Below are positions 17,902 to 27,993 of a stretch of 49,840 nucleotides of DNA, one piece after another. The notes beneath the pieces are model-generated. The model saw only the letters and a program-made list of their open reading frames with translations. It was not told the origin of the DNA and did no database searches. Location of the stretch: contig JAZQMT010000083.1 in NCBI GenBank assembly GCA_045543635.1, positions 1 through 49,840 of the forward strand, in the 5' to 3' direction. A program made the translations under genes and the position numbers. Numbering within the stretch: position 1 is the stretch's first letter; the number at the start of each line of letters is the position of its first letter. Source of the DNA: Oscillospiraceae bacterium. GTDB lineage: Bacteria > Bacillota > Clostridia > Oscillospirales > Ruminococcaceae.

Positions 17902-18552
17902 ATGATAAAATTGGATGAACTTAAATTTGACCAAAACGGACTTATTCCCGCCGTTGTTGTCGATGCAGACAGCGGCAAGCTTTTAACCCTTGCCTATATG
18001 AATAAACAGAGCCTTGAAATTTCTATGGAAAAGGGGCTTACTTGTTTTTGGAGCCGCTCTCGTCAGGAGCTTTGGCTGAAAGGTGAAACCAGCGGAAATT
18101 ATCAGCACATCGTTTCCATTACCGCCGATTGCGATAAGGATGCTCTTAAAATTGCGGTTAAGCCCGATGGCCCTGCCTGCCATTTGGGAACACAGTCCTG
18201 CTTTGAAAACCTTGTTTTCGAAAGCGAGGAGATCAGTGCATTTTCTCTTGAAACGCTCATGAAAATGATAGAGGGCAGAAAGATAGAGAAGAAAGAAGGC
18301 TCTTATACAACCTATCTTTTTGAAAAGGGACTTGATAAAATTCTCAAAAAGGTCGGCGAGGAGAGCACCGAAGTCATTATAGCTGCAAAAGCTGATGATA
18401 AAAAGGAAACTATTTATGAAATTGCCGACCTTACCTATCATCTTATGGTGCTGATGCTGCAGATGGGTATTTCCCTTGAGGATATTCATGCTGAGCTTGC
18501 TTCGCGCCATGTTATCGACCATAAAGTTAAGCAGGAGAAAATGACAAAATGA
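17902..18552 (+). CDS. hisI: Bifunctional phosphoribosyl-AMP cyclohydrolase / phosphoribosyl-ATP pyrophosphatase
   Basis: N-terminal LIPAVVVD...[18 protein letters not shown]...CH. C-terminal HisE motif SYT..L...G.DKI.KKVGEE..E. Confidence 0.9.
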   Translation: MIKLDELKFDQNGLIPAVVVDADSGKLLTLAYMNKQSLEISMEKGLTCFWSRSRQELWLKGETSGNYQHIVSITADCDKDALKIAVKPDGPACHLGTQSCFENLVFESEEISAFSLETLMKMIEGRKIEKKEGSYTTYLFEKGLDKILKKVGEESTEVIIAAKADDKKETIYEIADLTYHLMVLMLQMGISLEDIHAELASRHVIDHKVKQEKMTK

Positions 18553-19322
18553 TCTTGTCCGATTTGCACACCCATACCACCTTTTGTGACGGAAAAAACA
18601 CTCCCGAACAAATGGTGGTTGCCGCAATAGAAAAAGGAATGAAAACCATCGGCTTTTCGGGGCACGCCCTTACCTCTTTTGACAGCGGATATTGCATGTC
18701 TTTTGCCGATGAGGCAGAATACTGCCGCGAAATAGCAGGACTAAAAGAAAAATACGCCGAAAAAATAGAGATCCTTTGCGGGATAGAACAGGATATTTAT
18801 GCCGACCGCCCTGCGTCGGGATATGATTATGTTGTCGGTTCGGTGCACTATATAAAGTGCGGTGAAACCCTCATTTCGGTTGACCATACAGAAGAAATTT
18901 TGTTGTCTGCGGCAAAGGAATATTTCGGCGGTGATTTATTGTCTCTTGCTGAGTGCTATTTTGAAACCGTTGCAAAGGTTTATGAAAAGACGAATTGCGA
19001 TATTATCGGTCACTTTGATTTGGTTGCTAAATTTAACGGTGACGGTAATAAGTGTTTTGATGAAAGCGATCCTCGCTATATTAAGGCGGGAGAAGCTGCA
19101 ATAAAAAATCTTCTTAAAAGCGGCAAACCCTTTGAAATAAACACCGGCGCTATTCACAGAGGTTATCGCAGCGTTCCTTACCCCGCACCCCATTTTCTAA
19201 AATTTATTTATGAAAACGGCGGCAGGATTATCTTGTCGAGCGATAGCCACAGCGCACAAACCCTCTGTTATGAATTTTCCAAATGGAAATCTTTTGCAGA
19301 AAACATAGGTTTTAAGCTTTAA
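18549..19322 (+). CDS. hisK: Histidinol-phosphatase, PHP family
   Basis: DLHTHT.FCDG, GFS.H, GS.H and SDSH metal-ligand motifs of PHP histidinol phosphatases. Last gene of the his operon. Confidence 0.85.
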   Translation: MILSDLHTHTTFCDGKNTPEQMVVAAIEKGMKTIGFSGHALTSFDSGYCMSFADEAEYCREIAGLKEKYAEKIEILCGIEQDIYADRPASGYDYVVGSVHYIKCGETLISVDHTEEILLSAAKEYFGGDLLSLAECYFETVAKVYEKTNCDIIGHFDLVAKFNGDGNKCFDESDPRYIKAGEAAIKNLLKSGKPFEINTGAIHRGYRSVPYPAPHFLKFIYENGGRIILSSDSHSAQTLCYEFSKWKSFAENIGFKL

Positions 19323-19329
19323 AGACAAC

Positions 19330-19352
19330 GCCTCCCTTTACACAAGGGAGGC
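19330..19352 (+). terminator. Hairpin terminating the his operon (weak T-run)
   Basis: GCCTCCCTT / AAGGGAGGC, loop TACAC. Confidence 0.55.
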
Positions 19353-19376
19353 CAATTTTATAAAACTGCAAACTAA

Positions 19377-19404
19377 AGGCAGTGTTGCGATAGCAACACT
19401 GCCT
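19377..19404. terminator. 12-bp perfect hairpin, likely terminator for the minus-strand RHH gene
   Basis: AGGCAGTGTTGC-GATA-GCAACACTGCCT. The T-rich tail is on the minus strand. Followed by TTTATCACT, which resembles the array A linker. Confidence 0.55.
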
Positions 19405-19452
19405 AAATTTATCACTAATATTAGTTCACATAAGAGTGAGTGTTTTTAATAT

Positions 19453-19623
19453 TCATTCCTGCTCTTGATGTTCCAATGCATATTTGCAACATTGAAGAAC
19501 TAAAAGATTAAAAGAAATTTTATTTTTGCTTGCAAGTTTATTGAGTTCCTCGAACAAGCTTTCGGTAAATCTGATTGTGCGGGGAACATTTGCGTTTTTT
19601 AATTCTTTATCTATTTTAAACAT
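19453..19623 (-). CDS. Small ribbon-helix-helix (CopG/Arc-like) protein, 56 aa (below the ORF-track cutoff)
   Basis: Hand translation: MFKIDKELKNANVPRTIRFTESLFEELNKLASKNKISFNLLVLQCCKYALEHQEQE. The R-T-I-R-F beta strand followed by two helices is the RHH pattern. Weak SD AGGGTGA. Confidence 0.55.
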   Translation of the reverse strand: MFKIDKELKNANVPRTIRFTESLFEELNKLASKNKISFNLLVLQCCKYALEHQEQE

Positions 19624-19728
19624 ATCATCACCCTACTAAAAATATTATGTCAAAAGTGGTTGCAAATATATAACCAAAAATGGTTGTATTTTTTTAAGTA
19701 TTGTGATATTATAAATGGGGTGATATAA

Positions 19729-19911
19729 ATGAAATGCGAAAATCTTTATTGTATATATGAGCAGAATAGCAAATGTATTCTAGATGAGATTGAGATAAAT
19801 GCAGCCGGTATGTGCAGTGAATGTATTTTGCTCCCCATTCCAATAGATGCCGCGGATAAGATGAAATCTATTAAACGAGAGGAATTTGAAAAACTTGATA
19901 AAGAAATGTGA
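19729..19911 (+). CDS. Small Cys-rich protein (60 aa), possible zinc-ribbon / DUF1540-like
   Basis: C3, C8, C16, C29 and C32 in MKCENLYCIYEQNSKCILDEIEINAAGMCSEC. GGGGTGA SD and its own terminator. Confidence 0.5.
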   Translation: MKCENLYCIYEQNSKCILDEIEINAAGMCSECILLPIPIDAADKMKSIKREEFEKLDKEM

Positions 19912-19916
19912 ATGTT

Positions 19917-19948
19917 AAGGGAGGGGATAGCCCCTCCTTTTCTTTTTT
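19917..19948 (+). terminator. Rho-independent terminator
   Basis: GGAGGGG-ATAG-CCCCTCC followed by TTTTCTTTTTT. Confidence 0.8.
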
Positions 19949-20012
19949 GTATTATTTTGAATAAAAAACCAAAAGAAAATGAAACAAAACAACAGAAAAA
20001 GGTATTTATCTC

Positions 20013-20041
20013 TTGACAAATGAACTATACTAATGTATAAT
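20013..20041 (+). promoter_or_regulatory. arg operon promoter
   Basis: TTGACA (20013-20018), 17 nt, TATAAT (20036-20041). Confidence 0.6.
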
Positions 20042-20062
20042 AATTCGTATGTTTTAAATATT

Positions 20063-20101
20063 TTTGAATAAATATTCATTAAACTATGAATATATGAATA
20101 A
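20063..20101 (+). promoter_or_regulatory. Tandem ARG boxes (ArgR/AhrC operator)
   Basis: TTTGAATAAATATTCATT (core TGAATAAATATTCA, 20065-20078) and TATGAATATATGAATAAC (20085-20102 region), about 22 nt apart, between the -10 and argC. Confidence 0.6.
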
Positions 20102-20114
20102 CCGAGGTGGAAAT

Positions 20115-21038
20115 ATGGCAAAAGTGTTTATAGATGGCAGTGCAGGCACCACAGGGCTGCGTATTCGCGAAAGATTGAGCGGAAGAAAAGATATTTCACT
20201 CATAACGCTTTCGGGGGAAATGAGAAAGGATACGCAGGCTCGAAAAGATGCGCTCAACAGTGCAGACATTGCGTTTCTTTGCCTGCCCGATGCGGCGGCA
20301 ATAGAAGCGGTGGAGCTTGTTTCAAGCCCCGATACTGTGATAATTGACACCTCAACAGCACACCGAACAGCGCAAGGCTGGACCTATGGATTTCCTGAGC
20401 TTTTCGGGCAGAGAGAAAAGATAAAAAACTCAAAACGCATCGCTAATCCCGGTTGTCATGCCAGCGGATTTGTAGCTCTTGTAGAGCCGCTTGTGCGTGG
20501 CGGAATTATCTCTAAAGAAGCACAGCTTTGCTGCACCTCTTTAACGGGTTATTCCGGCGGCGGCAAAAAAATGATTGCCGAGTATGAGGATGAGAAGCGT
20601 TCTGCGCTTCTTGCGGCGCCCAGAATGTATGGGCTTTCGCAGCAGCATAAGCACTTAAAAGAAATGGCGGCGCTTTGCTCGCTTTCAAATAAACCGTTGT
20701 TCTGTCCCATCGTCGCTCCTTTTTACAGCGGTATGGAGGTGTACATTTCGCTCTTTCGGGAGCAAATAAACGGCGGAATAAAAGAGATAACTGCGTGCTA
20801 TCAGGATTATTATAAAGAGGGGCTTGTGCGCTTTGTGCGTGAGGCGGACGAGGAGGGATTTCTCTCAGCAGCCGCTTTTTCGGGCAGAGATGATATGCAG
20901 ATAACCGTCTGCGGAAATGAACAGCGCATTGTGCTTGTCAGCCGATTTGATAATCTCGGCAAAGGCGCCAGCGGAGCCGCAATTCAAAATATGAATATTC
21001 TGCTTGGAACAAATGAGAATCAAGGACTTATTGTATAA
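20115..21038 (+). CDS. argC: N-acetyl-gamma-glutamyl-phosphate reductase
   Basis: VFIDGSAGTTGL, NPGCHASG active-site Cys, operon context. ATG at 20115 after GAGGTGG. Confidence 0.9.
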   Translation: MAKVFIDGSAGTTGLRIRERLSGRKDISLITLSGEMRKDTQARKDALNSADIAFLCLPDAAAIEAVELVSSPDTVIIDTSTAHRTAQGWTYGFPELFGQREKIKNSKRIANPGCHASGFVALVEPLVRGGIISKEAQLCCTSLTGYSGGGKKMIAEYEDEKRSALLAAPRMYGLSQQHKHLKEMAALCSLSNKPLFCPIVAPFYSGMEVYISLFREQINGGIKEITACYQDYYKEGLVRFVREADEEGFLSAAAFSGRDDMQITVCGNEQRIVLVSRFDNLGKGASGAAIQNMNILLGTNENQGLIV

Positions 21039-21054
21039 AACGGAGGAACCATAA

Positions 21055-22269
21055 ATGAAACAGATACCCGGCGGCGTTTGTGCCGCAAAAGGATTTACTG
21101 CAAACGGAATTCACTGCGGAATTCGTAAAAACCGCACAAAAAGGGACCTTGCGCTGATTGTAAGCAGCACCCCCTGCACAGCAGCCGCTGTCTACACCCA
21201 AAATCTTGTAAAAGGTGCTCCGCTTGTTGTAACAAAAAAGCATCTTGAAAACGGGGTTGCACAGGCAGTTGTTTGCAACAGCGGAAATGCCAACACCTGT
21301 AATGCAAACGGAGTGGAAATAGCCGAGCAGATGAGTGAGCTTTTGGCAAACCAGCTTGGAATTTGTGCAGATGACGTGGTAGTAGCGTCTACAGGCGTTA
21401 TCGGTCAGCCCCTTGATATTACCCCTATTGAAAAGGGTATTCCCGCACTTGCACAAGGGCTTTCCAAACAGGGCGGAGAGGCAGCCGCCGAGGGCATTAT
21501 GACCACCGATACCGTTAAAAAGGAAATTTCGGTTGAGTTTGAGCTTTCGGGCAAAACCTGCCGCATCGGCGGAATTGCCAAGGGCAGCGGCATGATCCAC
21601 CCCAATATGGCAACCATGTTGGTTTTCATTACTACCGACGCAGCTATTTCGGCAGAAATGCTTCAAAAAGCGCTTTCTTCCGATATTGCCGACACCTTTA
21701 ACATGATAAGTGTTGACGGAGATACTTCTACCAACGATATGGTCACCGTTCTTGCAAACGGACAGGCGGCAAATGCTGAAATTTGCGAGGATAACGATGA
21801 TTTTAAAACCTTTATGAAAGCACTGAACACCGTTACTGTCTATCTCTGCCGAATGATAGCAGCAGACGGAGAGGGTGCGACCAAACTTTTGGAATGCAGC
21901 GTCAGCGGAGCGAAAGATACGCTTACTGCAAAAACAGTTGCAAAGAGTGTAGTATGCTCAAGCCTTTTAAAAGCTGCCATGTTCGGTGCGGTTGCCAACT
22001 GGGGCAGAGTTCTTTGCGCGATAGGTTACAGCGGAGCCGACCTCGATATAAATAAAGTCGGTGTTTCGTTTGAGAGCGTAAAGGGAAGCATAGAGGTCTG
22101 CAAAAACGGAGCGGGCGTTAATTTTTCGGAGGAGAGGGCAAAAGAAATTCTCCTTGAAAAAGAAATCAATATTCTTGTCACTTTAGGCGATGGAGAGGCT
22201 GCTGCGAAAGCATGGGGCTGCGACCTTACCTATGATTATGTTAAAATAAACGGCGATTATCGCACCTAA
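21055..22269 (+). CDS. argJ: Bifunctional ornithine acetyltransferase / N-acetylglutamate synthase
   Basis: GF.A.G..CGI, KGSGMIHPNMATML autoprocessing site, DGDTSTND, DYV.IN.DYRT C-terminus. Confidence 0.95.
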   Translation: MKQIPGGVCAAKGFTANGIHCGIRKNRTKRDLALIVSSTPCTAAAVYTQNLVKGAPLVVTKKHLENGVAQAVVCNSGNANTCNANGVEIAEQMSELLANQLGICADDVVVASTGVIGQPLDITPIEKGIPALAQGLSKQGGEAAAEGIMTTDTVKKEISVEFELSGKTCRIGGIAKGSGMIHPNMATMLVFITTDAAISAEMLQKALSSDIADTFNMISVDGDTSTNDMVTVLANGQAANAEICEDNDDFKTFMKALNTVTVYLCRMIAADGEGATKLLECSVSGAKDTLTAKTVAKSVVCSSLLKAAMFGAVANWGRVLCAIGYSGADLDINKVGVSFESVKGSIEVCKNGAGVNFSEERAKEILLEKEINILVTLGDGEAAAKAWGCDLTYDYVKINGDYRT

Positions 22270-22289
22270 TGAAAAGGGAGGAAACGGTT

Positions 22290-23162
22290 ATGGAAAATCA
22301 TTTTTCTAATGCACAGCGTGCAGAGGTCTTAACACAGGCGCTTCCCCATATCAAACGCTATAACGGTAAGGTGGTTGTCGTCAAATACGGCGGTAATGCC
22401 ATGATTGATGAGGAAATAAAACAGCAGGTCATGGAGGACATCGTTCTGCTGTGGCTTATCGGCGTTAAGATTGTTTTGGTTCACGGCGGCGGCCCTGAAA
22501 TCAATGATATTATGCAAAAGCTGGGCAAAAAGCCTCAGTTTGTTGATGGTCTGCGCGTTACCGATAAGGAAACTGTTGATATTGTTCAGATGGTGCTTGC
22601 AGGTAAGGTGAATAAATCGCTTGTAAATCTTATCGAAATGAATGGCGGCAAGGCAATGGGAATTTCAGGCATGGACGGCGGGCTTATCGAAGCCGAACCA
22701 AAAGATGAACGCCTTGGATTTGTCGGTTCCATAAAGAAAATTCATATTGATCCTGTGATTGACCTACTGGAAAAAAATTATATTCCCGTTATTTCCACCG
22801 TCGGTTGTGACCGTGAGGGCAACACCTATAATATCAACGGTGATACGGCGGCGGCTTATATTGCAGGTGCACTGAATGCCGAGCGGCTTATTATGATGAC
22901 TGATATTGCGGGTATTCTTATGGATAAGGAAGATCCCAAAACCCTTATTTCCGAAATAACCATTAACGAGGCGAAAAAGCTTTATGAAGACGGTGTTATT
23001 TCAGGCGGCATGATTCCCAAAGTGCAATGCTGTATTGATGCTATATCCGAGGGCGTGAAGAATGTTATTATCATGGATGGCAGAGTACCCCATTCTATCC
23101 TTATGGAGCTTCTTACGGATGAGGGTGCGGGCACTATGGTGACCGGAGGGAAAAATGAATAA
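22290..23162 (+). CDS. argB: Acetylglutamate kinase
   Basis: VVVKYGGNAM, VHGGGPEI, NINGDTAA. The ATG at 22290 follows AGGGAGG; alternative start at 22269. Confidence 0.9.
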   Translation: MENHFSNAQRAEVLTQALPHIKRYNGKVVVVKYGGNAMIDEEIKQQVMEDIVLLWLIGVKIVLVHGGGPEINDIMQKLGKKPQFVDGLRVTDKETVDIVQMVLAGKVNKSLVNLIEMNGGKAMGISGMDGGLIEAEPKDERLGFVGSIKKIHIDPVIDLLEKNYIPVISTVGCDREGNTYNINGDTAAAYIAGALNAERLIMMTDIAGILMDKEDPKTLISEITINEAKKLYEDGVISGGMIPKVQCCIDAISEGVKNVIIMDGRVPHSILMELLTDEGAGTMVTGGKNE

Positions 23163-24321
23163 TTTAATAAAACTTGATGAGGCTTATGTTGCAGGAACTT
23201 ACGGTAGATTTCCCATTGAAATTGAGAGCGGAATGGGCAGCGAGGTTTATGACACAAACGGAAAACGATATATCGACATGGGTTCAGGTATCGGTGTTAC
23301 CGCTTTCGGAATTGCCGATGAAGAATGGGTTTCGGCAGTAACAAATCAGCTTACCCGTGTTCAGCATATGTCGAACTTGTATTACACCGAGCCTTGTGCA
23401 CAATTAGCGCGTTTGCTTTGTGAAAGAACAGGTATGAAAAAGGTGTTTTTCGCCAATTCCGGCGCAGAGGCAAATGAATGTGCTATTAAAACGGCAAGAA
23501 AATATGCCGCCGAGAAAAAAGGCGCAGAATATTCTACTATTATAACGCTCAAAAACAGTTTTCACGGCAGAACCATAACCACCCTTGCTGCAACAGGGCA
23601 GGAGCATTACCATGAACTGTTCCAGCCGCTGACAGAGGGCTTTGTGCATACTCCCGCCAATGATTTTGAGGCACTAAAAAAACTGGCACGGGAGTATAAG
23701 ACTGCCGCGATCATGATAGAGTGCGTGCAGGGTGAGGGCGGCGTTATCGCCATGAATAAGGATTTTGTTGAGAAAACCGCTGCCTTTGCAAAAGAAAATG
23801 ATATTCTGCTTATTGTTGACGAGGTTCAAACAGGAAACGGCAGAACAGGTAAGCTTTATGCTTATATGCATTACGGAATTGTCCCCGACATCGTTTCCAC
23901 TGCAAAAGGTATCGGCGGAGGTTTGCCGCTGGGTGCTTGCATGTTTGGTGAAAAGGTTGAATTTACGCTTGGAAAAGGTGACCACGGCTCGACCTTTGGC
24001 GGAAATCCCGTTTGCTGTGCCGGGGCTATCAGTATTCTTTCGAGAATTGATGAAGCGCTTCTTTCTGATGTTTGCCAAAAAAGCAAATATGTATTTGAAA
24101 GCCTCGAAAATGCAAAGGGAATAGAGTCTGTTAGCGGTATGGGGCTTATGATAGGTATTAAAACCGAAAAAAAGGCCGCCGATGTAGTTAAAAAATGCAT
24201 GGAAAAAGGTGTTTTGTGCCTGACTGCCAAAGATAAAGTTCGCCTGCTGCCTGCACTCAATATCCCTATGGATATTTTAGCAGAGGCTATTGAGATAATA
24301 AAAGGCGTTTGCGCCGAGTGA
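23155..24321 (+). CDS. argD: Acetylornithine aminotransferase
   Basis: Class III aminotransferase: [27 protein letters not shown] (PLP Lys), GSTFGGNP. Confidence 0.9.
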   Translation: MNNLIKLDEAYVAGTYGRFPIEIESGMGSEVYDTNGKRYIDMGSGIGVTAFGIADEEWVSAVTNQLTRVQHMSNLYYTEPCAQLARLLCERTGMKKVFFANSGAEANECAIKTARKYAAEKKGAEYSTIITLKNSFHGRTITTLAATGQEHYHELFQPLTEGFVHTPANDFEALKKLAREYKTAAIMIECVQGEGGVIAMNKDFVEKTAAFAKENDILLIVDEVQTGNGRTGKLYAYMHYGIVPDIVSTAKGIGGGLPLGACMFGEKVEFTLGKGDHGSTFGGNPVCCAGAISILSRIDEALLSDVCQKSKYVFESLENAKGIESVSGMGLMIGIKTEKKAADVVKKCMEKGVLCLTAKDKVRLLPALNIPMDILAEAIEIIKGVCAE

Positions 24322-24331
24322 GGAGAAGAGT

Positions 24332-25321
24332 ATGGAACTTAATTTAAAGGGAAAAAGCTTTTTAAAGCTTTTGGATTTCACCTCCGCAGAGATTGAGGGG
24401 CTTTTAGAGCTGGCTTCCGATCTTAAAAAACAGAAAAAAGCGGGCATCAGCCATCGCATATGCGAGGGAAAAAATGTCGCGCTGCTTTTTGAAAAGGATA
24501 GTACCCGAACTCGTTGCGCCTTTGAGGTCGCTGCGGCTGATTTAGGTATGCATCCTGTTTATTTGGGGCCTACCGGTTCGCAGATGGGTAAAAAAGAAAG
24601 CATTGCCGATACCGCGAGGGTGCTTGGCAGAATGTTTGACGGCATAGAATACCGCGGATTTGGGCAGGAAATCGTTGAAGAGCTTTCAAAATATGCAGGC
24701 GTGCCGGTGTGGAACGGTTTAACTAATGAATTTCACCCCACCCAAATTCTTGCCGATTTCTTAACGATAATGGAGCATTTCGGCTCTCTTAAAGGCAAAA
24801 AACTTGTTTATATGGGCGATGCCAGATACAATATGGGCAACTCTCTTATGGTCGGTTGTGCTAAAATGGGCATGCATTTTGTTGCCTGCGCACCAAAAAA
24901 ATATTTCCCCGAGGCTTCTCTTATAGAGGAATGTCAAAAGGTGGCTGCAGAAACAGGTGCTGTTTTAGAGTTTATTGAACAGCCCGAAACCGCTGTTCAA
25001 GGTGCCGATGTAATTTATACCGATGTATGGGTTTCGATGGGCGAGCCGCAAGAGGTTTGGGCAGAGCGTATCCGAGAGCTTTCTCCTTATCAGGTCACCA
25101 AAAAGCTTATGGATACAGCGGGAGACCAATGCCGATTTATGCACTGTTTGCCTGCATTTCATGATTTAAAAACGAAAATCGGAAAAGAAATTTTCGAGCA
25201 GTTTGGCATGGAAAGTTTAGAGGTTACCGATGAGGTGTTTGAAAGCGAGAAATCCATCGTTTTTGATGAGGCTGAAAATCGTTTGCACACCATTAAAGCG
25301 GTTATGGCGGCAACACTCTAA
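24332..25321 (+). CDS. argF: Ornithine carbamoyltransferase
   Basis: [24 protein letters not shown] motifs. Confidence 0.95.
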   Translation: MELNLKGKSFLKLLDFTSAEIEGLLELASDLKKQKKAGISHRICEGKNVALLFEKDSTRTRCAFEVAAADLGMHPVYLGPTGSQMGKKESIADTARVLGRMFDGIEYRGFGQEIVEELSKYAGVPVWNGLTNEFHPTQILADFLTIMEHFGSLKGKKLVYMGDARYNMGNSLMVGCAKMGMHFVACAPKKYFPEASLIEECQKVAAETGAVLEFIEQPETAVQGADVIYTDVWVSMGEPQEVWAERIRELSPYQVTKKLMDTAGDQCRFMHCLPAFHDLKTKIGKEIFEQFGMESLEVTDEVFESEKSIVFDEAENRLHTIKAVMAATL

Positions 25322-25339
25322 AAAATTTTAAAAAAGTTA

Positions 25340-25368
25340 TTGACAAGGTTTTTTGCCTGTGCTATAAT
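25340..25368 (+). promoter_or_regulatory. Promoter of T-box unit 1
   Basis: TTGACA (25340-25345), 17 nt, TATAAT (25363-25368). Confidence 0.65.
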
Positions 25369-25374
25369 GTGTAC

Positions 25375-25646
25375 AAATTTTAAAAGGCTATGACGAAGAC
25401 GGTTTGGTGTTTTTCGCTTACAGAGAGTCGATGGGTGGTGCAAATCGACAGCAGAACTCCGAAAACCTATCCCTTCCGAGCCGGAAGCCCGAAAGCCTTT
25501 AAGGTGAGTAGACGCTTTCCGTGATTGCTGCGTAAAGGCATAGGGGTTGATAGACCCTAAAGAGTGGTAGCGAAAGCTGCAATTTGAGTGGTACCGCGGA
25601 TGTTTATAACACCCGTCTCAAAGGAAACTTTGAGGCGGGTTTTTTA
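25375..25646 (+). promoter_or_regulatory. T-box leader 1 (tentative specifier AUC, Ile)
   Basis: Stem I AGAGAG plus distal loop GGTGCAA. T-box sequence AATTTGAGTGGTACCGCGG (25581-25599). Terminator CCCGTCTCAAAG/CTTTGAGGCGGG (25612-25639) plus T-run. The specifier is placed by alignment to the K-turn GAGCC; candidate ATC at 25469-25471. Confidence 0.85.
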
Positions 25647-25674
25647 TTTTAATTTTTAAAAGGAGGAATTAAAA

Positions 25675-27942
25675 ATGTCGACTGTTGCAAACGATAAGAT
25701 GTATGAGGTGGCGATGCGAATTCGTGAAATGCGGCAGATAGCCGGATATTCAGAGGCTCTGATGGCAGAAAAAACCGAAACCGAGCTCAGTGAATATATA
25801 AAGCTCGAATCCGGTGAAATGGACTTTCCTTTTTCTTTTATTCATAAGTGTGCACAGGTGTTTGGTATCGGCATGTCCGATTTGCTTGAGGGAGCAACCA
25901 GTGCTCGCCTTACTTCTTACACCGTAACCCGAAAGGGCAAGGGCCAGCAGACTGCGAAAGAGGACGGAATTGATATTGCCAACCTTGCGCCAAAATTCAG
26001 AAATAAGATTGCCGAGCCTTATTGGGTTCGATATGAATATGATCCTGCACAGCAGAATAAGCCCATCCATTTGGCTACCCACAGCGGTCAGGAATTTGAC
26101 CTTGTTATCAGCGGCAAGCTTAAGGTTCAGGTGGGCGAACACACCGAGGTGCTTGAGGAGGGTGACAGCATTTATTATGACTCGTCCACACCGCACGGTA
26201 TGATTGCTGTAGACGGTCAGGAATGTGTATTTTGTGCAGTGGTTCTGCCCGGCGAAGATACCAAAGAGGAAACGGTGCGTCAGAGCATTGTCACCGCTAA
26301 AGCTTCCGAACCGCTTGTGTGTGAAAAGTTTGTTAAAACACAAGAGGATGAAAAGGGCGCTCTTAAAAACATTGAATTTACGAATACCGACTCCTTTAAC
26401 TTTGGATTTGATATTGTAGATGGTATTGCAGAGAAGTATCCTGATAAGCTGGCTATGCTTCATCTTGATGTAAACAGGTGTGAGAGACGCTTTACCTTTA
26501 AGGATATTAAGCAGTACTCCAATCAGGCTGCAAACTATTTCACCTCGCTTGGTATTAAACGCGGTGATAAGGTGATGCTTGTTTTAAAGCGCCATTATCA
26601 GTTCTGGTTTGCCATGGTGGCTCTTCATAAGCTGGGTGCTGTGGCTATCCCTGCCACCAACCAGTTAAAAGAGCACGATTTTGAATACCGTTATAATGCT
26701 GCGGGCGTTTCGGCTATTGTGTGTACTGCCGACGGAGACACTGCCGACATTGCCGCCGCAGCTGCAGAAAAATGCCCGCAGATGACCACAAAAATTTTAG
26801 TAGGCGGCTCTAAAGAGGGTTGGCATAATTTTGATGAGGAATTTCGCCTGTTCTCCCGCAAATTTGTCCGTCCCGACGATGCTTCTTCGGGAGAGGAGAC
26901 CGCGCTCATGTTCTTTACATCAGGCACTACAGGCAATCCCAAAATGGCAGCACATAAGCACACCTATGCGCTCGGCCATTTTGTCACCGCGAAATATTGG
27001 CACTGCTGCGAGAGAGACGGGCTGCATCTTACCATTTCGGATACCGGTTGGGGTAAAAGTCTTTGGGGTAAGCTGTATGGTCAATGGCTGTGCGAGGGTG
27101 CAGTGTTTGTTTATGATTTTGACAGGTTTGATGAAAATGATATTTTGCCTATGTTTGCAAAATACAACATCACAACCTTCTGCGCGCCTCCTACCATGCT
27201 GCGTATGCTTATCCGCGGTGATTTAAGTAAATATGATTTGAGCTCTATTCATCATATGACAACTGCCGGTGAGGCATTAAACCCCGAGGTCCATAAACAG
27301 TTTAAGGCGGCTACCGGTTTGGAGATTATGGAAGGTTTCGGACAGACCGAGACTACGCTTGCTATTGCCAACCTTGTCGGAACTACGCCCAAGATAGGCT
27401 CAATGGGCAAGGCATCCCCGCAATTTGATATTGATATTGTAGACTCCGACGGAAATAGTGTTGCTGCGGGCGAGGTTGGCGAAATCGTTATCCACACCGA
27501 TAAAAGTGTACCTTGCGGTCTTTATAAGGGCTACTATCTTGATGACGAAAAGACGAAAGATGCGTGGCATGACGGCATGTATCACACAGGCGATACCGCC
27601 TGGCGCGATGAGGATGGATATTTCTTCTATGTCAGCCGCGTTGATGATGTTATTAAGTCGTCAGGTTACCGTATCGGTCCCTTTGAAATTGAAAGTGTTA
27701 TCATGGAGCTTCCTTATGTTGTAGAGTGCGGTGTTTCAGCCGTTCCCGATGAGGTTCGCGGTCAGGTGGTTAAAGCAAGCATTGTTCTTACAAAAGGTAC
27801 GCAGCCTACAGAGGAGCTGAAAAAGGAAATTCAAAAATATGTTAAGGAGCACACGGCTCCCTATAAATATCCCCGTGTTGTTGTATTCTGTGATAGTCTT
27901 CCCAAAACTATCAGCGGAAAAATTCAAAGGAATAAGCTGTAA
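25675..27942 (+). CDS. HTH(XRE)-cupin-AMP-forming acyl-CoA synthetase fusion (755 aa), paralog 1
   Basis: aa 10-75 XRE-type HTH. Cupin HSGQEFDLVISGKL...GDSIYYDSSTPHGM. Then medium-chain ACS motifs: FFTSGTTGNPKM, YHTGDTAWRDEDGYFFYVSRVDDVIKSSGYRIGPFEIE, PKTISGKIQRNKL. Confidence 0.85.
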   Translation: MSTVANDKMYEVAMRIREMRQIAGYSEALMAEKTETELSEYIKLESGEMDFPFSFIHKCAQVFGIGMSDLLEGATSARLTSYTVTRKGKGQQTAKEDGIDIANLAPKFRNKIAEPYWVRYEYDPAQQNKPIHLATHSGQEFDLVISGKLKVQVGEHTEVLEEGDSIYYDSSTPHGMIAVDGQECVFCAVVLPGEDTKEETVRQSIVTAKASEPLVCEKFVKTQEDEKGALKNIEFTNTDSFNFGFDIVDGIAEKYPDKLAMLHLDVNRCERRFTFKDIKQYSNQAANYFTSLGIKRGDKVMLVLKRHYQFWFAMVALHKLGAVAIPATNQLKEHDFEYRYNAAGVSAIVCTADGDTADIAAAAAEKCPQMTTKILVGGSKEGWHNFDEEFRLFSRKFVRPDDASSGEETALMFFTSGTTGNPKMAAHKHTYALGHFVTAKYWHCCERDGLHLTISDTGWGKSLWGKLYGQWLCEGAVFVYDFDRFDENDILPMFAKYNITTFCAPPTMLRMLIRGDLSKYDLSSIHHMTTAGEALNPEVHKQFKAATGLEIMEGFGQTETTLAIANLVGTTPKIGSMGKASPQFDIDIVDSDGNSVAAGEVGEIVIHTDKSVPCGLYKGYYLDDEKTKDAWHDGMYHTGDTAWRDEDGYFFYVSRVDDVIKSSGYRIGPFEIESVIMELPYVVECGVSAVPDEVRGQVVKASIVLTKGTQPTEELKKEIQKYVKEHTAPYKYPRVVVFCDSLPKTISGKIQRNKL

Positions 27943-27957
27943 AATTTGCGATTGCTA

Positions 27958-27987
27958 TTGACAAATTTCCCTAAACTGTGATATACT
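27958..27987 (+). promoter_or_regulatory. Promoter of T-box unit 2
   Basis: TTGACA (27958-27963), 18 nt, TATACT (27982-27987), with TG at 27979-27980 (extended -10). Confidence 0.6.
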
Positions 27988-27993
27988 CATTTA

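Noticed and set aside
17277-18627. 233-aa and 214-aa minus-strand ORFs
   Set aside because: They are antisense to hisF and hisIE, whose motifs are unambiguous. The antisense translations are Ser/Pro/Thr-rich and motif-free.
21028-21666. 212-aa minus-strand ORF
   Set aside because: It is antisense to argJ, with a Cys/Asn/Gly-rich composition typical of reverse-frame translation of a real gene.
27943-27957. Expected terminator between synthetase paralog 1 and promoter 2
   Set aside because: No hairpin is present. Read-through from unit 1 into leader 2 is therefore possible, and the two units are not cleanly insulated.
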